Virus record (IMG/VR): IMGVR_UViG_3300031707_000001
Coordinates: 124,001 to 188,000 of that record
DNA: 64,000 bases
Direction: 5' to 3' (one strand)
The notes beneath the pieces were generated by a model, which saw only the letters and a program-made list of their open reading frames with translations, did no database searches and was not told the origin of the DNA. Shown here in pieces: positions 57,290 through 64,000 of the stretch; positions within the stretch are counted from its first letter, which is position 1, and every line of letters starts with the position of its first letter. A program made the translations under genes and the position numbers.

Positions 57290-57730
57290 ATGCACGCAAT
57301 TTTACATCTTACAGTGTCTGATGATATAATCATCGACCCAGCTACTACCAAACAGCCAGCTGTTGTTCGTAAGGTCGATATAGTGGATAAGATGGAACTC
57401 AATATCGATGTTGTCTACGAGGAATTCAAACGAGCGTGGAGTAGTTCTGTGGCAGCTACACTCGGCTCATTGTTCGAACACGCTTTTGATAAATTCGAAA
57501 CAGCTGCCAAAACTGCTATAGCGATCGCTCAAGAAGAAAAGATGGCTGCTGCAGAAAAGGCGGCGGCTGAAGCCAAGGCAGATGCAGCCAAGAAATTGAC
57601 TGAAGGCGTGGCGCCTAAGGAAGAAGTGAAAGTGGCAACTGCAATTGAAGTTGCAACTTCTACGAAAAAGGAACCAACAGCAGTACAACCAACGCCTGCT
57701 GCACCGAAAACGCAATCGAAGGATAAGTAA
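57290..57730 (+). CDS. Hypothetical protein with an Ala/Lys/Glu-rich tail
   Basis: GGAGG RBS. Confidence 0.65.
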   Translation: MHAILHLTVSDDIIIDPATTKQPAVVRKVDIVDKMELNIDVVYEEFKRAWSSSVAATLGSLFEHAFDKFETAAKTAIAIAQEEKMAAAEKAAAEAKADAAKKLTEGVAPKEEVKVATAIEVATSTKKEPTAVQPTPAAPKTQSKDK

Positions 57731-57733
57731 CAA

Positions 57734-58360
57734 ATGGCAGAGTCAGTTCAACGCAAGTGTCCCAAATGCGGGGAACTTCGGGATTTACATCTTTTCGAAT
57801 ACAACCCGAAAACCGGCCGCAGAAATTACTCGTGCGCCTTCTGCAAACAGCAGAAAGTCAATCTTCCGTGGGATTGGGCTTGTGCCCTCCGGAAGTCGAC
57901 TCGGATGCATGTTGGCAAAGCGCAAGGCAGGGAAGGCAAGTACTTCGATGCCCTGGACGAGGATATGATCCGGGCGTTGATGAGGGCACAGGGCAATAAG
58001 TGTGCATTGACTCAAGCTGTTTTGCAATTGCCTTCCTCTGACCAACTCAAAGTACTCTCCTCTGACAAGACAGGTAATAACGTCACGCTGACGGCGTGGA
58101 AAGCAACCTTACCGCCTCATCTACAGAAATTCGTGCCCGTTGTTGTTAGAGTAAGCACGGAAGGCTCCTGGATTCCTGGCAACGTTGTTATCATATGCGA
58201 TTATCTAAAGGAATTCTACGAGGCTGCCGGAAATATTGGTTTGCTTCAGGATTGCTGCAAATTGATCATGAGCAATACACCTATGTCAGTTCCTCAAAAG
58301 GTGTTTCTGGACAAGATACGTCAGGACATCCTTGAGGAGAATTTGAAAGCCAATTTATGA
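57734..58360 (+). CDS. Zinc-finger protein, possibly a degenerate HNH-like nuclease
   Basis: CPKC...CAFC; QGNKCALT...GSW.PGNV.IIC. Confidence 0.55.
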   Translation: MAESVQRKCPKCGELRDLHLFEYNPKTGRRNYSCAFCKQQKVNLPWDWACALRKSTRMHVGKAQGREGKYFDALDEDMIRALMRAQGNKCALTQAVLQLPSSDQLKVLSSDKTGNNVTLTAWKATLPPHLQKFVPVVVRVSTEGSWIPGNVVIICDYLKEFYEAAGNIGLLQDCCKLIMSNTPMSVPQKVFLDKIRQDILEENLKANL

Positions 58361-58860
58361 ACCCCCATGCTTATCTGTTCGTCGACGGCTCGTCGTCACG
58401 GAAGGACGATGTCGGCGCCTGGGCAGCAATAGCTGCAACGGCTACACAACGTAAAGTACTTTATGGGCTTTCCTATCCGACAACTATTAGTCGTATGGAA
58501 CTCACACCAATCATTGAAGGGTTACGGTGGATGCGAAAGAACTGGTCCAGAGAGTCGCCAGGTTTTCGAGTTACCGTGACGTCGGATTCTGAATATACCG
58601 TAAAGACATTGTGCGGGCTATATCCCAGGCACAAGAACGAAGATCTTTGGCATGCTTACGATGAGATAGCCAAAGGTATGCAAATCAAGTTCATATGGCG
58701 GGAACGCAATAGTCTCGACTATATGGAATTCTGCGACGGCATCTGCAACTCGTTGCGGAGAACCGTTATTGACTCCCTTACGAAAGCGATAGGGGACGCC
58801 CGAAATTTAGAACAGCTGATACCAATTAGCACATTGCAAGAGGAGACAGAAAAAGTATGA
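58357..58860 (+). CDS. rnhA: Ribonuclease HI
   Basis: FVDGSS...GAWA; TISRMEL; SDSEY; KNEDLW; terminal CD. Confidence 0.9.
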   Translation: MNPHAYLFVDGSSSRKDDVGAWAAIAATATQRKVLYGLSYPTTISRMELTPIIEGLRWMRKNWSRESPGFRVTVTSDSEYTVKTLCGLYPRHKNEDLWHAYDEIAKGMQIKFIWRERNSLDYMEFCDGICNSLRRTVIDSLTKAIGDARNLEQLIPISTLQEETEKV

Positions 58861-59603
58861 GTTTTCTTACACCGCTACGACACCGAGAACCGGCATATAC
58901 ATTGGAAGATCAAATAGCGAACTTTTGTTATGCACGTAAAGCCGACGGTTCGATAGCTAACTATGATGATAATCGAGCGTCTCGTACACGTACGGACTTT
59001 AGTCTTTATACTCGACAGTATATAGCAGGTCCAAGAAGTCCCGAAGTGTCATTCCATATAATTACTACCTTAGAGGGGCATGTTTATTGTATTGCCAATG
59101 GCACGCTGGATGTTGAGGTCAAACAAAAGCTGACACAGTATGATGTGACTAAGTGGTCGCTACTTCAAAATTTGAATTTGACACCAGACGATATTTGGAT
59201 ACCCGAGAACGAGTCGTTTATTGAGGATACATTAAGTGTCAATAAAATGTGGGGGTGGGGCAATTGGAATTCTACTTTAATCATACAAAATTGGGTTCCA
59301 GAAGACGGACGAGTCTATTCTGTGGTAATGGGTACTTGTGATCTCGTGTTACAGCATAGACTCAATCAGCAAGCAAATCGTCAAGTTGGTGATGAACTTA
59401 AAGGCAAGGTCATTTTGGATCTGCGTATCGGAACCAGAATCTATGGTGAGGATATTAGCAAGTCAGAAATATTATTACCTATACTATTGCAAAAAGCTAC
59501 TGACATAGGTGCAACAAAGACATTGTTGACAAAAGAGCAAAACGGAACGCCCAGAACACCGGAGCAAATTCAACACGATTTAGCAACCAAAGGTATTGTT
59601 TGA
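58857..59603 (+). CDS. Hypothetical protein
   Basis: ATGA-coupled 248-aa ORF. Confidence 0.6.
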   Translation: MSFLTPLRHREPAYTLEDQIANFCYARKADGSIANYDDNRASRTRTDFSLYTRQYIAGPRSPEVSFHIITTLEGHVYCIANGTLDVEVKQKLTQYDVTKWSLLQNLNLTPDDIWIPENESFIEDTLSVNKMWGWGNWNSTLIIQNWVPEDGRVYSVVMGTCDLVLQHRLNQQANRQVGDELKGKVILDLRIGTRIYGEDISKSEILLPILLQKATDIGATKTLLTKEQNGTPRTPEQIQHDLATKGIV

Positions 59604-59606
59604 AAT

Positions 59607-60701
59607 ATGAAAATCGTACACACTGCGGATCATCACCTGGGCTATCGCCAGTATGGCTTTGCCCAGCGAGAAGAAGACTTCATGAAAGCCTTCCGCCACG
59701 TCATTGAGCGTGCCGTGGCGTTGAAAGCAAATATGATCATTATTGCTGGTGATCTCTTTGATATACCTAAGCCAGCCGCTTACGTGGTACAGGGCGTATG
59801 TGAAGCCATAGCTTATGCTAAGGCGGCCGGACTGTACATAGCTGGCATTGACGGCAATCACGACGTTACCAGCGGTAATTGGTTAAAGGTCTGTGGCATT
59901 AACGATCTTGAAACCAGTGAAAAAGAGCCCCGCAGCTATAGCTATATGGGTGTTACGATCGCAGCGCTGCCATATTTGCGTCCGACCGTATTCAAAGATC
60001 GTCTGAAGAAAATGGCGGATGCCGGTATTAAGGCCGAGGTCTTTGTCATGCATCAAGCCGTAGCCGAGATGGCTGATTTTGCCGCACAGGAGATTACGCT
60101 TATGGAGATTGCTCCGTGGTTGAATCAAATGGGCGTACGGTATGTAGCTATGGGTGACATCCACAACTACAAGGAAATGGAATTCGCCGGCATTCGCTTT
60201 GTCTATGCTGGATCCACTGAGGTATGTGCCATCGACGAACACAGGGACAAGAGTTTCTCGATCGTTGAATTTGGTGCACACAATGCAATGACGACGGCAA
60301 CAGAACCTATACCGATTCGCCCCGTTGTGGAACGCTACCTACAATCGGAAAAGGACCTGGACGAGTTGCTGGTGCAGCTTGCCGGCGATCCTTTGGCCAT
60401 TCTGTGGTACGAGCCGGAAAAGGCGGATCTTGCCAGACGGGCAGAAGCCCTGCTCCTCGACAAGAAGATCCTTCATCGGATTTGTCCCACGGCAGCAAAG
60501 AGCCTGGCTACGATTACAGCACAACTGAATCGTGAGCAGCTTGAACGAAAGGGCGCCCTCATACGATTGAAGGATGCTGTGAATGCATTCTTCGAAGACA
60601 ACAGTGAGCAACAAGAACTCATATACCAGTTATTGAATACTCCAGATGCAGTGGAAAATACAGTAAAAGCATATCTATCGTCCAAAGGGGTACTACCATG
60701 A
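59607..60701 (+). CDS. sbcD: Mre11/SbcD-like metallophosphoesterase nuclease
   Basis: HTADHHLG, AGDLFD, GNHD, MHQ, MGDIH, YAGS. Confidence 0.93.
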   Translation: MKIVHTADHHLGYRQYGFAQREEDFMKAFRHVIERAVALKANMIIIAGDLFDIPKPAAYVVQGVCEAIAYAKAAGLYIAGIDGNHDVTSGNWLKVCGINDLETSEKEPRSYSYMGVTIAALPYLRPTVFKDRLKKMADAGIKAEVFVMHQAVAEMADFAAQEITLMEIAPWLNQMGVRYVAMGDIHNYKEMEFAGIRFVYAGSTEVCAIDEHRDKSFSIVEFGAHNAMTTATEPIPIRPVVERYLQSEKDLDELLVQLAGDPLAILWYEPEKADLARRAEALLLDKKILHRICPTAAKSLATITAQLNREQLERKGALIRLKDAVNAFFEDNSEQQELIYQLLNTPDAVENTVKAYLSSKGVLP

Positions 60702-60973
60702 ACACAGAAAGCCTAATTGCAATGGCAAAAGACTATGACGTCGACTATGATGCAGTGAGTGTAGCAGCAATTGCTACTGTACTGACACGACGTAGCGGTG
60801 AGAAAAAGGATCTGAGAACGCTATTTGACAACCTCCAGCGCATTCTGGACACAGATGAACTGGTCGATGTAGTCAAATGGGGTACATGGGTAAAACACGC
60901 AAACAAGGAGGATCTGCAAGGCAAGACAGCTCAAGAGCTAATGGCTTTGCAGAAAGAAACAGCCTATGCCTAA
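60698..60973 (+). CDS. Hypothetical protein
   Basis: Coupled ORF, 91 aa. Confidence 0.6.
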   Translation: MNTESLIAMAKDYDVDYDAVSVAAIATVLTRRSGEKKDLRTLFDNLQRILDTDELVDVVKWGTWVKHANKEDLQGKTAQELMALQKETAYA

Positions 60974-61283
60974 AACATCCAAAACAAGCACAAGAAAGAC
61001 AGTCATTCTGGGAGGATACGGAGCGCAGGTACATGCCGAGCGAGATGCTCAGGAATTCATGCGCCCGGATGTCTTCCAGTACAAGACAGCCTTCTTTGCC
61101 AACCCTATCAACTTTGGCATTGAAGCCAAGGTGACCAAGGCGGAAGCAATCAAGGTAGATAAACCCGATAGTCCGCTCTATCCGTGGGGCGTCAAGATGA
61201 CAGTCAGTGCCAAAGGACCGAAAGCGGTGAACTGGATGACTGACTTCGAAAACCGCATTCGGATACATCGGGTCAACAGATGA
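60966..61283 (+). CDS. Hypothetical protein
   Basis: Coupled ORF, 105 aa. Confidence 0.6.
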   Translation: MPKTSKTSTRKTVILGGYGAQVHAERDAQEFMRPDVFQYKTAFFANPINFGIEAKVTKAEAIKVDKPDSPLYPWGVKMTVSAKGPKAVNWMTDFENRIRIHRVNR

Positions 61284-63478
61284 AGTTAAAGAAGTTAGTT
61301 CTTCACAACTATAAGCAGCATCCCCACCTGGAACAGGATTTCGTCGGGAACGTAATCGGTATTGTCGGCCGTAACGGTTCTGGTAAGTCCAACCTTCTGG
61401 GTGGGTTGCAGTTTGCTTTTGCCGGTGAACAGCCTGGTTTCAACAAGGTAGATCTTCTGAGTTGGGGTTCCACGGACGGATATGTCCAGGTCGATTTCGA
61501 CCACGCAGGGAAGCCCGGGCACATTGAGAGAAGCCTGACAGGAAGCTATGCGCTGTTCACATACGGCGACGAAACTTATCGGGGAATCAACAAAGTTGGG
61601 GAAGGCATCCAACTTCATCTTGGTCTGGACAAGGACCTGCTCAAGCAGGCTATCTTTGTTCGCCAGGCAGAAATTGATTCTATCCTCTTTGAGGATCCCC
61701 GGGAACGAGAGTTGGCATTCCAGAAGCTTTGTGGAATTGGCGATGCTGCTAAGATCCATAAGAAGCTGGGTGACGAACTTGTCAAGCTAAGCGTATTGCC
61801 GCCCAACTACGATGAGCAGATTGCTGAAGGGCAGAAGCGTTATAGTGAGATGGCTGATCGTTTACGGCAGCTCAAAGACACGGCAGACGCTGCTGCATCC
61901 CAACACGCCAAACTGCCCAAGTTGGCTTCACTGCAGGGTACGATCATGTCGTATGCCAGTATGCTAAATACCCTGGGGCAATACGTTAAGATCAGCAACG
62001 ACCTGGCACAAGTCAAGGTCCGGCTGGTGGAACTTGAAGACAAGCTGTTGATTACTCCAGATAATGGAACCGAGGATATTGGTAAGCTCGATCAACAGCT
62101 GGTCGAACTCGATAAGTCTATTCGTTTGGTAGAGGAGTATCAACGATGTCTCAAGAGCTTCGAGGATTCCGGTAATGCTATTGTAGCATTAGGGGATACC
62201 CCTAAGCCGCCGACGTTGCCGTTTACGGATGCACAGCTTGTTGAGCTAATGCAGAAGGCAGAAGCTTTCAATAAGGCATATGCCGACGCAGCGGCTAACG
62301 AACGTCTTTATGCCGATTTGGCTCGAACGCTAAAGGACAAGCCGCTTACGGAATGTCCAATCTGTGGTGGTCCCATCAAAGACTTACAGCGTATCCAACA
62401 GAAAATGCAAGAGTATCACGTGCAGACGATTAATATTTGTAGGGTCAACTATGCAGCACAGCATCACGAGGCAAAGACCAAGCAAGAGCAAGCCATTGCC
62501 GCCTACATGGAAGCAAGTACACGCTACAACGCAAAGTATGCTATGCTGCTGGCTCAGTTTGGTAAAGCTGAAACAGCTATGAAGTCGGCGCCAAAAGTCA
62601 ACCAAGCCTTGACAGAATTGACGGCTGCGGCGCAGCGTGCTCAGGAAAAACGTACACAGTTGACCAAGCTTCTACGGGAGATCAGTGCTCAGCAACAGGA
62701 ACGCAAAACCTGTGGACAACGTATTGAACAGTTGTCCAAGGAACTAAGTTGCCTGCATACTACAATCCTGGGTATGGAAGACGTGGCCAAACAGCTAACG
62801 TTGGGTGTAAATACTGTGCCCGGTTACATTCAACGATGTATGGCACAGTTGAATGAACAGATTACACAGATCCAGGCATTGGATCAGCAACTGGCGCAAC
62901 TCAACGGAATGATTCGAGAATTGGCTAACAGCCTTCAAATATTGGAAGATACGCTTAAAGCGTTGGATGACAAACGTGCTAAAGAGGGCCCGTTTAGGGC
63001 AACGCTCAAAGTGTTAACCGAGGTCCGTGACTGGTTTCACTACAACAACGGACCACATACGTTGGCTACAGCAGTATTGGCAGAAATGAACCAGGATGTG
63101 AATAGCTTCTTGGGACAGTTCTCCGCTCCGTTCTCTGTAATCCAGGGCTCGGAATCACTTGGATTCAAATGTATCTTCCACGATGGTCGAGCCGTACCTT
63201 CGGAACCACCGGATGCACACCACCTATCGGGAGGACAGAAGATCCAGTTGGCGATAGCATTTCGATTCGCCAGTTACTGTATGTTTGCAAGTAAACTGGG
63301 CCTCTTGAGTCTGGATGAACCTACCGTTTATCTCGACGACCAAAATGTAGGCGCCTTTTGTACGTTGCTTCAAAAGATAAAGGAAGTAGCACAAAAGATG
63401 GACCTGCAAGTTTTGATAGCCACGCATGAGCGGGCTGTTATGCCGTTTATTGATACAGTAATCAGCTTAGCTGATTGA
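61280..63478 (+). CDS. sbcC: Rad50/SbcC-like SMC ATPase
   Basis: GRNGSGKS Walker A, coiled coils with CPICG zinc hook, LSGGQ signature, LDEPT Walker B, ATH. Confidence 0.95.
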   Translation: MKLKKLVLHNYKQHPHLEQDFVGNVIGIVGRNGSGKSNLLGGLQFAFAGEQPGFNKVDLLSWGSTDGYVQVDFDHAGKPGHIERSLTGSYALFTYGDETYRGINKVGEGIQLHLGLDKDLLKQAIFVRQAEIDSILFEDPRERELAFQKLCGIGDAAKIHKKLGDELVKLSVLPPNYDEQIAEGQKRYSEMADRLRQLKDTADAAASQHAKLPKLASLQGTIMSYASMLNTLGQYVKISNDLAQVKVRLVELEDKLLITPDNGTEDIGKLDQQLVELDKSIRLVEEYQRCLKSFEDSGNAIVALGDTPKPPTLPFTDAQLVELMQKAEAFNKAYADAAANERLYADLARTLKDKPLTECPICGGPIKDLQRIQQKMQEYHVQTINICRVNYAAQHHEAKTKQEQAIAAYMEASTRYNAKYAMLLAQFGKAETAMKSAPKVNQALTELTAAAQRAQEKRTQLTKLLREISAQQQERKTCGQRIEQLSKELSCLHTTILGMEDVAKQLTLGVNTVPGYIQRCMAQLNEQITQIQALDQQLAQLNGMIRELANSLQILEDTLKALDDKRAKEGPFRATLKVLTEVRDWFHYNNGPHTLATAVLAEMNQDVNSFLGQFSAPFSVIQGSESLGFKCIFHDGRAVPSEPPDAHHLSGGQKIQLAIAFRFASYCMFASKLGLLSLDEPTVYLDDQNVGAFCTLLQKIKEVAQKMDLQVLIATHERAVMPFIDTVISLAD

Positions 63479-63512
63479 ATACAGTGCACAGTGCAGCCTA
63501 AAGGGTAAGTAA

Positions 63513-64000
63513 ATGAGTGAAACAACAATAGATAAAGAATTAGCTCCAGCAATCCAACAGATGACTGCTTTGTACAAGCAGCTCATGGAAAAACTGGGAC
63601 AAGCAACGCCGGAACTGAAGGTCATAAGGGTTAAGGCTTCGGCCAAAACCAAAACGTCCAAACGTTGCATAGCACCTCAGTTGGTGCATGAGTTTGTCGA
63701 ATGGTTTATCAAAACACCAGAAGATCAACTCTATAATGTGAAACGGGGACAATGGGAATGCAAAGTGGGTGACTCTGTATCTAAGACAGCACATACGCTG
63801 GTCTTCCACAGTAGGATTACCAAAAACCGTGTAGATGCTGCAGACGTAATCTGCATCCGTCCTCCGGGCGTCAAGTTGGCTATTTTCAATGCCAGCCGAA
63901 TCGCCTACGGTACGTCATATGCCGCACAAAAGGAACCACAAGCCATTGCCGAACGCTGTGGGGCAGTTCCTATTCCGTTCCAGAACGTAGTAGCCAAGGA
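63513..64000 (+). CDS. Hypothetical protein, 3'-truncated by the window
   Basis: MSETTIDKELAPAIQQM... stays open to the window end. Confidence 0.6.
   Translation, partial: MSETTIDKELAPAIQQMTALYKQLMEKLGQATPELKVIRVKASAKTKTSKRCIAPQLVHEFVEWFIKTPEDQLYNVKRGQWECKVGDSVSKTAHTLVFHSRITKNRVDAADVICIRPPGVKLAIFNASRIAYGTSYAAQKEPQAIAERCGAVPIPFQNVVAK

Noticed and set aside
1-64000. CRISPR array, tRNA or rRNA genes
   Set aside because: No regularly spaced repeats or cloverleaf/T-loop signatures were seen in the few intergenic gaps. This was by eye only; tRNAscan was not run.
1-64000. Stop-codon reassignment
   Set aside because: TAA, TAG and TGA all end genes cleanly, and coding density is high in the standard code.

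Overview
The window is a 64-kb piece of a large tailed (myovirus-like) phage genome in the standard genetic code. From left to right it holds: (1) a contractile-tail/baseplate module (1-27.1 kb), with a tail-chaperone pair joined by a clear -1 frameshift signal, a tape-measure-like gene, an embedded sigma-70-family factor and five tandem Cys-containing paralogues; (2) accessory genes (methyltransferase, two glycosyltransferases, a primase-like protein, and a ligase fused to a LigD-type phosphoesterase); (3) a 12.7-kb cassette with its own promoter, in which tail-fibre-like and adhesin-like proteins carry Sec signal peptides and are rich in S/T-N dipeptides; (4) a terminase large subunit on the minus strand; (5) small membrane genes followed by RNase H and an Mre11/Rad50 (SbcD/SbcC) pair. 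Four free-standing nuclease genes are inserted (GIY-YIG, TnpB without TnpA, EndoVII-type HNH, HNH). Two of them sit behind a sigma-70 promoter and an apparently leaderless 44-45 aa ORF. A third appears to have captured the ligase 5' end and supplied a recoded copy of it. Protein motifs suggest a PVC-superphylum host (Kiritimatiellae/Verrucomicrobia-like); this is inference. I found no CRISPR array, tRNA or rRNA. All family calls come from motif recognition by eye, not from database searches.
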